NCBI RefSeq assembly: GCF_036971445.1
Contig: NC_091473.1
Coordinates: 255,068,001 to 255,132,000, forward strand
Length of the DNA: 64,000 bases
From: Narcine bancroftii
Taxonomy: Eukaryota
Reading direction: 5' to 3'
This document shows, one piece after another, positions 48,923 to 61,874 of the stretch. The position numbers and the translations under genes are program-made. The stretch's first letter is position 1, and every line of letters begins with the position of its first letter. The notes under the pieces are model-generated. The model saw only the letters and a list, made by a program, of their open reading frames with translations, had not been told where the DNA came from and made no database searches.

Positions 48923-48993
48923 ATAATAAATGTTCTTTGTTCTCAGTTTTTGTCTGGAGCAATTTCTGTGAAGGTACTGCTGTTTCTCACACT

Positions 48994-49240
48994 GTGGTTG
49001 AAGTAAAATGCTGGAGAAACTCAGCAGCTCAGACTGTGGCAGGCTCCATAACCAATGTTTCGGGCCCCTTCATCAAGATATGAACAAAATGTGGGCAGGC
49101 ATCTGAGGTCCAAGTACCTGCTGACATTTTGCTCACACCTTAACGAAGGGTTCAAGCCCGAAACGTCAGTTCTGTACCTTTACCTTTGCTCCATAAAGGG
49201 CGTTGTTTGACCTGCTGAGTTTCTCCAGCTTTGAGTCTTT
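48994..49240. mobile_element. Palindromic Penelope-like element; its first bases (47331-47351) are separated by the ERV
   Basis: Rejoined gtctgtagacact|gtggttgaagtaaaa matches the copies at 27570 and 32737. Confidence 0.72.
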
Positions 49241-50989
49241 TAGGAGAATTGGTTTTACCTGGCAGATCAACAGTGTCCTCCAGTAACTGATTCCATGCCT
49301 TGGATACACTGGGCACTTGGTGAACATTACAGTTAGCAGAGAGGTAACTGTGGGCCTGCAGGACCAAGTTCCATGGGCACCAAGAGATGCAGACAAGCTG
49401 GAACCAGTGTAGTTTGCATGGCAGGGACATTGGGGTCTCAGGATGTAAATGTACTCTGAAGGATGGTTGCACTAATGCAAAGAAAATCTCCATTTAAAAC
49501 TTAGATGTCTGTCTCAGATTGTAGTGATCTCATGTTTGTGATTCATATTACGAATTCAGCCCTTTATTTGGCTGAGTAATTAGGTTGATAACATAGTTCT
49601 GAATTGGGTTATTTTCTCCAACTAAAAAACTCACATGCACCAGCCTCAGTGGAACATGTTGTCATTTACTGCAGTTCTACTCACATATTCAGCCACAGTA
49701 CATTGTTAATGGTGCTCCAGCTATGTCCCCTGTGTTGAATGTCACCCCGAGACCCAGTGTCTTTCCACCCAATTGACAGAAAAATTGTGAAGATAACATT
49801 TAATCAGATCTTCTTACGTGCAACAAGTCACTGACTCACCGTGGAAGGATGCTTTACATCAAACTCAGGCTTTGGTTGAGTGCAACCTATTAAAGTGGCT
49901 TTCTGAACGGCAGTTTAATATATTCATCATTAGTCAGTTGAGTTGATGAAGGGTGAGGGAGAGCACGTGATATGGGGACAAATGCTGAAACACCCTCATT
50001 CCGTCTATTTTGAATTTACCATGATTGACGACATGTTAGTGTCGTCTTGTGTAAGAAGAGACAAAATAGCTTTGGAAAAAAAAATGCGTGCTGGATTGGG
50101 CAGCGGATTTGATTGCACGAATCGGTGACAAGGTTAATAGAACTGTCACGGGAGAAAACTTATCTCCATTCCCTTCACTGGGGTTGGTCTGGGAACAGGG
50201 TCTGAAATGTCACATCAACTTTGCTCTGCTCTAACTCAGCTCTCTCTGCACAGTGTTTGACTTGTTGTGCTATGTATGGGGTGGCTTGTGCTGCTCGCAA
50301 AATAACCCTTCCCACTGCACCTCATGGTTCACAAAAACTTCAACTGGAAAACTTCAAAGTTGGTCTACACAGAGTAGCAGGCAATGGTTTTGGCAATAGG
50401 AAGGGAGTTCTAATGGAAGTAGGTTTTGAAAATTACAGTAAGCAGAAGACAGAGATGTTGTGTACATTTAATGGGAACTAGAGCACAAGAGATCACATAA
50501 CAGATGATGTTACATCAAGAGTCCAGCCTCCAACAGGGTCAAAGTTGGCATAAAGATCACAATTAAAAGCTCTTCTAGGATCAGAAGTGAGGGGTTTGTT
50601 GGCTGGGACACAGTGAACCTGAGCAATGGAAGGAATTGCTAAAAATATCTGATGGTATCTACTATGAGGGAGACATCTCGCAAGGGGAAGGATGAGAGAC
50701 GGCCCTGATGGATGGTGGTACCACGGCAGCACTGATAAATGGTGAGACTCACTCAGGGTGGAGACCAGGAATGTGGGAGTTGTGTGCAGCCCCCAAACAA
50801 TGTACACATGGAGCAGAGAATAGGACAGCAGAGGGTCTCTGTGCCGAAATGATCTCCAAATCAAACTAAAGATCTGCTGGAGACACATGGAGAATGATTC
50901 AGATTCTGGAATCTGAAACCAAACACACTCTGCTGGAGAAACTCAGGGAGAGAAAGAAAGGTCAATGTTTTGTACCAGAACCCATTAGG

Positions 50990-51760
50990 AACCTTCATGA
51001 AGAATCTGTTGCTTGGATTTGATAGATATAGAAATCCCTCCATCACTTGTCTATCTAGAAGCTTCTTGTATGTTACTTTTGTATCTGCTGCGATCTCTAC
51101 CTCTGACAGTCTGTTCCAGACACCTCCCCATCCCCCCACTCAAATTTTGGGCCTGCACGTTTCCCCTAAACATTCTCCTCCTCACCTTAAACATGTCCTC
51201 CAGTGTATGACCCTGGGGAAAAGATTCTGACAGATCAATGATTTATAAACCTCTATCAGCCTCCTGTTCTCCACAGAAAATAACCCAAGTTTTACATTTA
51301 TTTTAAATGTCGACATACAACATGGTAACAGGTCAATTTGGCCCACGAGCCTGTGCTGCCCCAATCACTCTAGATTGTCTGATAACCATCGGAAGTTTCG
51401 AAGTATGGGGGAAAACCCACGTAGACACAGGGAGAATGTACAAACTCCTTACAGACAGCGCAGGATTCAAGCCCCGGCCCTGATCACTGGCGCTGTAACA
51501 GCGTGGAGCTAACTGTTACGCCAACCCTGCCGCCCTTTTGTCCAATCTCTCCCAAAAATTCATCCCCTCTAAACCAAACAACACCCTGGTAAGCCTCCAA
51601 GTCCTTCCAGTAATGGGGCGACCAGAACTGCGTACACTTTTCCAAGTGTGGCCTGACCAAACTTTATATTGCTGTAACGTGACCTCCTTCCTTTTAAACA
51701 CTGTCCAGTCTAAGAAGCCAAGCACACTATTCGCCTTCTCTACCACCCTGCATGACCACT
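50990..51760 (-). mobile_element. CR1 fragments with a nested V-SINE (51310-51530)
   Basis: KANSVLGFL..., LGLFSVENRRLIEVYK; SINE core in reverse. Confidence 0.75.
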
Positions 51761-51764
51761 TTCA

Positions 51765-52460
51765 GAATCGGAATTTACTGTCATAAACATGTCACAAAAT
51801 TTGTTTTGTGACAACATCACAGTGAAAATATTTCTATAAATTGCATTAAAAATATTAATTAGTGCAAATGAAGTGAAAGTGAAAGTCTGTGGTTCATTGT
51901 CTGTTCAGGAATCTGAAGGTGGAGGGGATGAAGCTGTCCTTGTGCCACTGCGTGCTCATCTTCAGGCTCCTGGACCTCCTTTCTGATGGTAACAGAGTGA
52001 AGAGGGCGTGGCCTGGGTGGTGGGGGTCCTTGAGGATAGAGGCTGTTTTCTCGAGGCACCACATCTTGTAAATGTCCTTGATGGAGTGAATATTGATGCC
52101 CGTGATTGCGCTGTAGTCTTTTCCTGCCCTGAGAGTTGGCACCTCTTGTAGCATAGATGAAAGCTCACACTCCACTGGAGGGAAAACTAACGCTTTTATT
52201 AGCTTACAACTCAGGTAGGGTTCATGAACAAGCTTCAGAGGAGTTCAGGGTTTAGTCAGGAAACCAGGGTTATATTCGGGCCCCCAGGGGTAGGAGCCAT
52301 GTCCAGTTGTCAGTACAGAACAGTTCTGATGAATCCCAGTTCACTGCACCTCTATACCAGTCAGAATATGGTACACCTGTAGAAGTTTGCAAGAGCCTTT
52401 GGTGACGGACTGAATCTCCTCAAACTCCTCATGAAGTACAGCCGCTGGAGAACCTTCTTC
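51765..52460 (-). mobile_element. Rex1-like element interrupted by a 202-bp solo LTR (52147-52348)
   Basis: KDPHHPGHALFTLLPS...KDSF.P; insert has TG...CA ends and 5-bp TSD cctct. Confidence 0.82.
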
Positions 52461-52479
52461 ATAATTACACTTTCAAGAT

Positions 52480-54530
52480 CCTCTGGACCTGAACTCCATG
52501 CCCCCTCCGCTCTGATCTCTCTCCACATCAATGTCCATTACATTAAACTTAAAGAGCCACACTTCAGACTTATCTGGATTCAACTCCATCTGCCTCTTCT
52601 CTGCCCATATCTGTAAATGATCCATATCCTCTATGCTGTCCACACCTCCACCAATCTTTGGGTCACTTGGAAGTTCACTGACCTACCCACCTGCCTTTTT
52701 ATCCAAGTCATTTGTGCATATCACGATCAACAGGGTTCGCAACAATGATCCCTGCTGGTCACAGACCTCCCACCCTTCCACCACCCCCTGTCTTCAATGG
52801 GCCAGCCAATTCCATATCTAAACTATCACCTTGCTGTGCTGAATCAGCTGAATAAGGGAGGACCTTGTCAAACGTCCACCTTACCTTACCTTCATCAACC
52901 ATCTTTGTCATCTCCTCACAAGAATAGCTAAAATGGGTAAGACCTGCCCCTCACAAATCCACCTTGACTGTCTTCTAATCTGACCATGACAGGGATATCC
53001 CTACATATCCTTTCTAATGGTTTCCCTACCACTGATGTGAGGCTACGATTTCCTGCATTATGCTCCGGAGAGGTGTAGTGGAAAAGTGGGCAAGTGGAAT
53101 ACTGGAATTCTGAGGACTCTAGATGTGCCTGCACACTGCGTGGCTGGATATGGATCCAGGAACGTCCTCCCACAGAATACCCCTACTGGACTGAAGTAAG
53201 CCAACCCTGATTATTACTGCCCTATATATTTTTAAACCTGCTACATTTTACAGAAGCTCTGTGAGTATTGCATGAATTCTGACTTCCAGGCTCAGTTCTG
53301 AATATTTTCTCTCTGAACAATGTGCTAACACAGGCTGCTTGGAATTGCGCATTGCTTAAGAATTTCTAAGAAATCAGTAGGATTCTGCTCGACGTCAGCA
53401 TTTTCCTCCAGCTTGACTCTGCAGTGAATTTTCAAATTCTTATCAGATTTGAGAACATCTGGTAAACTGGAATGGGGACAATTTGAGCTATCATGCGACA
53501 GAAATCAGGGACGTTTCTATCTGCTAAATGATTCTGTGATCCCCGATCAACAACAAGATCTAGCTTTGTCTTATTTAAGATCCATGAAATGTTACAAAGT
53601 TGGATTGTAGAGTTACAGTTACAAAGTCATATCACATGGAGACAGGTCCTTCAGCCCAACTAGCCCATGCTGGCCAAAATGCTCGCCTGAACGTCGCCTA
53701 TGTTTGGCCCGTATCCCTCCAAACCAGCATTTCTCAGCCTTTCTCAGTCTAAGGCCCACCTGGGTCCTGGCCTCACATGCCCTGGCCCACTGGTGGCAAA
53801 GACCGAGCAATGATTTCAAGTCAAGGCAGTTCTGTAAGAAACACATCTTTATCTAATTTAAAGTATTTTATTTAATATTTTCAAAGACCCACATGGAATC
53901 GCATTGTGGCCGGGCACGGTCCACTGATTGAGAACCACTGCTGTAAACGATCCCTACCCATCTGATGATCCAAGTTCATTGTACCCACATCTACCACCTC
54001 CGTGGCAGCTCGTTCCACACACCCACCAGCCTCTGTGTGATATCACTATCCCTTTAAATCCTCTCCCCTCTCACTTTAAACCTAGCCCTTTATTTTTAGA
54101 CTCCTCTACCCCAGGGGACATGACTGTGCCTAACCACCTTTACCATCTCCCTCACGATGTAATGAACCTCTGTCACGTCACCGTCCACCTCCTTCACCAG
54201 GGAAACCAGCCTCAGCTTGTCCACTCTCTACTTTTAACTCAAGCCACCAGGGGCAGCACAGTAGCACAAGGCCATTACAGCACCAGCGACCCTGGTTCGA
54301 ATACACCACTGTCAGTAGGAGTTTGTATGTTTTCCCCATGACCTGCGTGGGCTTTCCCTGGTGTTCCAATTTCCTCCCACCCTCCAAAATGTGCAGAGTT
54401 AATTGGATGACATGGCTCATGGGCCAGAAGAACCTTCCACCATGTTGAATCGTTTAAAAAAAAATTAAAAGCCCTCCAGTCCCAACAACACCTTTGAATC
54501 TTTGCTGCACCCTCTCCAGTTCATAACCCT
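52480..54530 (-). mobile_element. Degraded CR1 fragments with a MITE (about 53725-53940) and a V-SINE (54250-54450, + strand)
   Basis: SLTSVVGKPLERI.RD...SQGGFVRGRS; MITE end ttgagaaccactg. Confidence 0.55.
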
Positions 54531-54789
54531 GCTGATGCCTCCATTCGGTGTTGGGGTGAAATGGGGCAGTTCACTGACAAGTGAAGAGTTGACTTTACTT
54601 CAGGAAGCAAAGCAAATCCTTGCTCCAACTACTTCCCCGTTTTGACCAGAGGCACCGAGGACGCAAACGAATGTGTCGTGGCCCTTCCAGGATGACACAG
54701 GTTGGGCAAAGCCAATTCACAGCCTTCGTCAACCAGAATTGCCTCTGGTCCCTGTGAACCTCCTCACCCATAACATGAAATCTATTAGA

Positions 54790-55255
54790 ATGAGTTTATT
54801 GTCATGAACGTGTCATGAACCTTATTGTTTAGTGACAGCAGCACAAGGTGCAAAATTACTATAAATTATAATTTAATAAAAATAAATAACTAGTGTAAAA
54901 AAAGAGAAAAGGTGAGGTAGTGTCCATGTCCATTATCCATTCAGGAATCTGAAAGCGGAGGGGAAGAAGCTGCCCTTGGGCTCATCTTCAGACTCCTGGA
55001 CCTCCTCCATGATGGCAGCAGAGTGAAGAGGGCATGGTCTGGGTGGTGGGGTCCATGAGGATAGAGGCTGCTTTCTTGAGACACCGCCTCTTGTAGACGT
55101 CCTTGACGGTGTGGAGACCAGTACCCGTGATGGTGCTGGCCAAGTTCACAACTCTCTGAAGCTTGTTCCTGTGGTATGCATTGGCACCTCCGTACCAGAC
55201 AGTGATGTAATCAGTCAGAATGTTCTCTACAATCCACCTGTAGACATTTGCGAGT
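54790..55255 (-). mobile_element. Rex1-like 3' portion
   Basis: Reverse complement of 56800-57250. Confidence 0.85.
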
Positions 55256-55904
55256 CTTATAACTTAAATATAACTAGATGCAGCTGAACACCACGATCTT
55301 CACCAAATAATTAAAATAATTGGTTGTGTACCCATTGTCGGGGTCTTATGCACACAAAAGAATTTCATGTGATTCTTCAAAGAATTCTATTTGATTTTAA
55401 CAGTGTTAACAGCGCATAAAGGAATTGTAATGCAATAACCTGTCTCTGGTATGATTGCATTAGCGATCCGGACAGGCCACAATCTGCAGAGGCACTGTCC
55501 TGGAAACATGGTGCTACATAAATGCAAGTTGTTGTTCATGCTGTTGCATCAACCCCTGGGCAAAATATCCAACGTGACTGACATCTGGTGGTGGAACACA
55601 ATCAATCACCGTCGTTAAAGTTGAAATAAGCAAGTAAACTTGCTGTCAGATTGAGCTCCCCTCCCATTCAATCCAAATGCCCAGCCGAATAGTGTGGAGA
55701 GAGTTGACATTCCGATCTGGAAATTGCACACAATGTGGAGCTGAGTTCCTGCTTGTCCATCCCAATCCAGCTTCCACCCTGATTTCAATATAGATCTGAA
55801 AAACTCTGTCCCCACCCCCGCCCCCCCCACGCAATACTGAGTTAGGCATCACCTTCAGATGTTCTGCTATCCCTGTCTCCACCTCCACTGGACCCATCTT
55901 GTAA

Positions 55905-56150
55905 TTTAACAAGGGAGAAGAATTAAGGGGAATTTCTTCACACAGAGAGGGGTGGGGGTGTGGAACGAGCTTCCGGCTGAAGTGCTGAATGGCAGTCTCA
56001 ATTTCAACATTTAAGAAAAATTTGGACAGTTACATGGATGGATGGGATATAGAATGGGTCCAGGTCAGTGGGCCTAGCAGAATAATAGCTCAGCACAGAT
56101 TAGAAGAGCCAAAGGGGCTGTTTTCAGTTCTGTAATGTTCTGTGGTTCTA
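55905..56150 (+). mobile_element. CR1 3' end
   Basis: gtggaacgagcttccggctgaagtg; tail tgttctgtggttcta. Confidence 0.82.
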
Positions 56151-56414
56151 ACATCTCCTGCTTTCCACTCATCCCTTCTCTACTCTCTATTATTGGATCT
56201 TCCGCTTTGTCTCCCTTCCTGACCTTGATCTTCTGCCTAGTCTGATGCAAGGTCAGTGGTCTGAAGCATTAACTCTTGCTCCTCTCTCATCAGATGCTAC
56301 CTGACCATAGCATTCCCAGATTTTGCTGCTTGGTATTTGCTTGGGTGTAACTTGCCACGACTGTGGGCGATAAATCACGAGAGAATTTTTTTTAAAATAA
56401 AAGCTTTGAGTCTC

Positions 56415-57660
56415 TCGACGTCCATGACTGTGCAGCCAGGGACAATTCAAATGCCATCTACAAATTTGCTGATGCCGTTGGAAGAATCACAAACAGCAAT
56501 GAGGAAGCGTACAGGAGGGAGATAGACAGGCTCGTTGAATGGTGTCACGACAACAATCTTGCACTCAATGTTAGCAAAACCAAGGAGATGATTGTGGACT
56601 TCAACAAGGGGAAACTGGGAGCACATGACCCAGTCCTCATCAGGGTACAGCAGTGGAGAGGGTCAAGAACTCCTGGGTGTCAACATGTCTGAAAAATCTA
56701 TTCTGGGGCCTTCATGCAAATGCAGTCATGAAGAAGGCTCGTCAGCGCTATATTTCATCAGGCTCTTGAGGAGAATTAGTATGTGACCAAAGACTCTTGC
56801 AAATGTCTACAGGTACTGTGGAGAGCATTCCAACTGGTTGCATCACTGTCTGGTACGGAGGTGCCAATGCACAGGACAGGAACAGGCTACAGAGAGTTGT
56901 GAACTCGGCCTGTGACATCACAGGCATCAATCTTCACTCCATTAAGGACATGTACAAGAGGTGGGGTTTCAATAAGCAGTCTCTATCATCAAGGACCCAC
57001 CAACCAGGCCATGCCCTGTTCACACTGCTACCATCGGGGAGGAGGTACAGGAGCTTGAAGATGAACACCCAGCGGCACAAGGACAGCTTCTTCCCCTCCG
57101 CCATCAGATTCCTGAACGGACAATGAACCATAGACTCAACTTCACTTATGGTGCATTTAGGGGAATGTAATTTATAACAATTTTTGTACCTACATGGCGC
57201 TGCCTCAAAACAACAAATTTCATGACACATGTTCACGACGATGATTCTGATTCTGAAGTTTCCAGAAGTAAATATTTCCAAAGAGCTGTCCTGGACCAAC
57301 CACATTGACACAACAGCCAGGAAGTTACACCAGCACCTCTACTTCCTCAGGACCCTTAAGAAATCTGCCAAGTCCTCTGTGTCCCTTGATGATGTCTATG
57401 GGTACACCAGAGAGAGCGACCTCCCAGGGCGCATGACTGATTTGGATGGGAACTGTTCCCACCAAGACCGCAAGAAACTGCAGAGGATTGTGCAGACCAT
57501 CACACATACACTCCCTCTCCCTTCTATTGTCTCCCACTGCCGTGGAAAAGCAGCCACTATACTAGTGGACCTCTTCCACATCGGCCACACTCACTTCTGC
57601 CTATCCCGGTCAGGAAAATTTGAGGGCATGAAATCAGCACCAACCAGATTCAGGAGCTAG
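56415..57660 (+). mobile_element. Two adjacent Rex1/Babar LINE fragments
   Basis: ESIPTGCITVWYG...LLPSGRRYRSLK...AIRFLN; LSWTNHIDTTARK.HQ.LYFLR.L. Confidence 0.88.
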
Positions 57661-57914
57661 TGAAAGTGTCCCACTCAAGTGAAATAATGTTACCCAAGCT
57701 TTGTGCAAACGGATCGTTCTCTGTAACCTTACTTTCCTCCCTGTTTTGTCCATAAAGTCTCTGTACTCTGTAACTTCCAACGGTGTTTGTCAGGCAATGG
57801 TAGGTTTGGGGGAGACAGGCTTGGTGACACCTTTTCCATGTCCTTGGGATGCTGACTGTGGGTGCCCTGTGGCTCATCAGTGTATGGGACAGAAGAATCA
57901 CAGCTGTCCAGAGA

Positions 57915-58420
57915 CCACGTGACTAGTGGAGTTCTACAGGGATCTGTTCTGGGAACCCTGCTCTTTGTGATTTTTATAAATGACCTGGATGAAGAGGCAG
58001 AAGGATGAGTCAGAATGGATTGGAAAATAAATCTTATGAGGTGAGGTTAGCGGAGCTGGGACTTTTCTCTTTGGAGCAAAGAAGGATGAGAAGAAATTTA
58101 ATAGGGGTCAACAAGATTCTGAGAGGCATAGATAGGGTGGACGGTCAGAGCCTGTTTCCCAGGACAGGATCAGCAAACACCAGAGGACGTGTGAACAAAG
58201 TGAAGGGAGGAAAGTTTAGGGGTAAGTTTTTTTTTAAACACAGCGAGTTGTGGGGGCCTGGAATGCCTTGCCAGGGATGGTGCTGGAGGCTGAAACATTG
58301 GGGGCATTTAAGAGACTCTTAGATAGGCACATGGATGAAAGTAAAATAGAGGGTTATGGGGTAGGGAGGGATTAGTACTTTTTTAAAGGAATATATGGGT
58401 TGGCACAACACCGAGGGTGT
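57915..58420 (+). mobile_element. CR1, internally deleted
   Basis: RT motif DNA (cagggatctgttctggga) joined to LGLFSLEQRRMR.NLI. Confidence 0.85.
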
Positions 58421-58479
58421 TCTCTTTTCTATTTTCAGTCAACAAAGAAAGTGCTGGTGTTTCTTTTCACTGAAATGGG

Positions 58480-58900
58480 GGGGATGGGGGATATGAGATG
58501 AGACAGATGGTCAATGGTTTCCAGTGTCAAGCTCAGGGCCGGTGCTGTGCAGTAGGGGAAGGTTGGAGAGGACCTCTGGTGTGAGACGTTGCATGAGAGG
58601 CCCATCCTCTCGCACGCAGCCACATTGCATGTACAACACCAGGTCCCTGAGAACAGCATTCTTCTCTGAGCTCTGCCAAAAGAAAGCATCACCAGGTGGA
58701 TAGATTCTCAAAACCTTCTTCAAAAATGGCCACATCCTCACCAACCTCCTGAGATCCATCGCTGCTCAATGTGGGAAAAAGGTGTTCAGGGCAGCACCGT
58801 GAGATCTGCGCCAGGGGTACCCATATGCTTAGAGGAAGGAGTCTACCACCCCATACGCCTCTCACAGTACATCAGTCACCTCCTGACCCCTAGTGGCCAT
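58480..58900 (-). mobile_element. Probable L1/Tx1-type LINE 3' fragment
   Basis: PYCT...LETIDHL resembles the C-terminal zinc-binding region of Tx1 ORF2. Confidence 0.45.
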
Positions 58901-60189
58901 GTCTCTGGTCCCACAACCCACAGACCAGAAGCAGGTCTTGGACTCAGTCCTGAGGGATGGTGTAAAGAAATCTGACAACTGCTCCACAAATGTTACCACA
59001 AACCCCTGGGCCTCTGCATCTGGATCCTTGACTTCCTCATTGGAAACATTTCCTCCACTGACAATCAACATGGGCACACCTCAAGGATGAGAACTTGGGA
59101 CATTTGTAGATAGCATTGGAATTGTGCCTGGCCACACAGTCGTGGGTGTAGAGAGAGCAGAGTAGTGGGATAAGCAAAAAAAAGGGCAAATCTGGGAAAC
59201 TTTGAATTTTCTTTGTTTATATCATTATTTCCAATGTAGCAGGAAGATGGTGTTCGCTTCAAATGGAGAGATTTGCAAATGAGACCAGCTTGGAGGGGAA
59301 GGGGCGAGTTGGAGTGAAGACCTGGATCCCCGTTGTGGAATTATATTATTCTAAATAACTTATTCCAGTATTTGAAATTTCAAAGTTCAGATTTATTGTC
59401 AGAGTTCATACATCCCTGAGATTCCTTTTCCTCTGGGCCAGGCAGAATTACCCTAATTTACCTTTTTTTTAAAAAAAAACCAAGATGCTGTGATGGGCAA
59501 GTTTCTCCATTTGAAACAAACGCCACATCCTGACTACATTTGAAATAATGATAGAAGTAAAACAGAATAGATCGACAAATGATAAAAAGCCGGAGGAAGT
59601 CAGCAGGTCAGGGAGCATCCATGGAAAGTCAACGTTTCAGGTCGAGACCCCACTGAACTCCTCATTAGTCCTTCCTGCATCTAACTCAGTGGGTTACAGT
59701 GTGCAGGGTAGGCCTCTCACCCATCTCCATGGTTACTAAAGCCAGAGACTGAATTACAGCAGATGCTGCAACTCGGGACATTCAGTGAATTATAACAAAA
59801 ACAGAAGCTCTTTTCTGCACTGAAATGCCCAACAAAAGACATATTGATCTTTCATTTCCTTTGTGACATGGAAGGAGGCCATTTGGCATGCTGGCTCAAA
59901 CCATTCCCAACGAACCTGTTCTTCCATTATAGCAATTTCCTCTCATGCAACCGTACAACACTACAGCACAGATAACAGGCCCTTCGACCCTTCTGGTCCG
60001 TGCTGAATGATTATTCTGCATGATCGACCAATCCCTGATTCTCCTGGGACTCACCAACACAAGGGTGCAACACATACACATTTTATAGATTTCAATTACA
60101 TATATGTAATGTACATGGATTGCAGCTAGTAGATGGTTTTTACAAATTGGAATTTATGGTCATAAAACTAAAAGCACTGGGCAGATGAA

Positions 60190-60445
60190 TTTGCCGATCA
60201 ATGGCCAGGGTGACCCGTCCAGTATGGACACTGCAACTGAAGAAGGCAACAGGAAACCCCTTCAGTATTTTTCACCCCTTGTATAATCAAGAACTCAACA
60301 TCGACTACGGTCTCAACTCAAAGACAGAGCCTTCTCTGAAGGAGAAGGGGGTGGCAACAACTACAATTCGGAGGGTCATAGATTGTGATGGATGGAGAGA
60401 CATGATTGTCCGCACTGAACAGCAAGGCTCCTGAATGATGATGAC
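60190..60445 (+). mobile_element. Short RTE-derived element (5'-UTR-like part joined to a 3' end with tga repeats)
   Basis: gaagaaggcaacaggaaaccccttcagtatt; D.DGWR.MI...* followed by tgaatgatgatga. Confidence 0.45.
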
Positions 60446-60517
60446 TGTACTAGAAGTTGGGTGTAGGCTGTACTAGAAGTTGGGTGTAGACTGTACTAGA
60501 ACTTGGGTGTAGACTGT
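60444..60517. repeat. 23-bp tandem repeat, 3 copies
   Basis: actgtactagaagttgggtgtag. Confidence 0.88.
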
Positions 60518-60739
60518 GTACCATTGTACAGCTGGCAGCGCAATCGCTTTGTTTCGGCTTTTGAACCCACATGTTGAATGTGTGACTTAATGTCTACTAA
60601 CACCCACCAACGTCAGTCCCAGTGTACATTTAAATTTTTCTATTGAGTCCTTACGGTGACCTCGGACGTATCTACGATTGGACATTGCTTGATCGGGTGT
60701 AAGTCGAGGTATATAATGGTTCCCTCACTGGTCTTAGTG

Positions 60740-61260
60740 GAACACCCCTGGACACAGACATCCAGTCACACAAATGCCATCTCTCTCTGTTTTCTAAAAC
60801 CATTTTGAATCCAGTCCACCAAGTCTCAATGAATTCTATGTGCTTGATCTTCCAGATCAGCTGGCCACTTACCCAAAGACCATTTAGCCAACATCCACTG
60901 TCCTACTTTATCTTCAATCATCTTTGTCTCCTCCACAAAAAACTCACACAAATATGTAAGACAGCACTTCCACCCCACCACCCCCACCCCCCCGCAAACC
61001 CATGCTGACTGCCTGATAAACCCATGCCTTTCCTGACACGAGTAAACCCTTCTCCATAACTTCTCACTCTGATACAAGGCTCACTGGTCTAGAATTTCCT
61101 GGATTGTCCCGGTTTCCCTTCTGAAAGAAAAGAACAACATTGGCCTGCTCTCCAGTCTGCTAATGTGGATGCCAAGATCTCCGTCAAGGCCCCAGTCATC
61201 TTTCTTGCTCCTGGGGTGAATTCCATCAGACCCTGAGTTAATATTCCTCAAGATATCAAC
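60740..61260 (-). mobile_element. Degraded CR1 RT fragment
   Basis: HGFIRQS.../CCLTYLCEFFVE.TK.I. Confidence 0.65.
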
Positions 61261-61874
61261 ATCCAGGGCTGGATTAACCGAGTAGCAAAAGTAGCATATG
61301 CTGCGGGCCCCACATTTTCGAGGCCCCCCTCACTGTAGTACACAGTGCTGACTTGCTCAGGTATGAATTATGAATGACCCACTGGGTATTTAAGGTTAGC
61401 GATTTTAGCCAATTATCACTTTTAATTGGGATTATTATCACAGACTATGGAGTGTAGTAACTGGTAGCCTAAGACTGTGCTTCTATATAGGATGAGAAGC
61501 TTTTAACCTTGGCCTCCTGAAACCCTCTCCTCCCTTCCCCCAGTAATACTTTTGTCTTCCAGAGAACCCCATTGAAATGTCATGCTTATGTCAGTGGGGC
61601 AATGATGAGGTAATTATGCAGGATTCACGGCGACGTTCTCAGTCACGCAATGGCATTTTGCTCAATTCTCTCAAGCTCAAATCGTCATTGGGAAGTAATC
61701 CTGAAGGAGCCACCATGAGGTTTACTGGCTCGAGGGGTGTAAGAGAGGTCGGATCAGTGGTATGTCTTACTGCCCCATGAACTAATCGTTTGACTGACCT
61801 ATGAAGATGGTGGTGAAGAGACTATTTGCATTGACCAGCCCAGAAATTCCTAGAAATTCATTACTAACTCAAAT

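Larger units (their letters stand above)
47352..48989 (+). mobile_element. Endogenous retrovirus remnant: truncated 5' LTR, env fragment, 3' LTR (48359-48989)
   Basis: Identical 58-bp LTR start at 47352 and 48359; TG...CA with 4-bp TSD cact; purine tract before the 3' LTR. Confidence 0.85.

Noticed and set aside
53412-61609. Small plus-strand exon-like segments at 53412-53461 and 61563-61609 as a possible IL-19/20 gene
   Set aside because: Phases are not 0-0, joining them creates a stop, and there is no family signature
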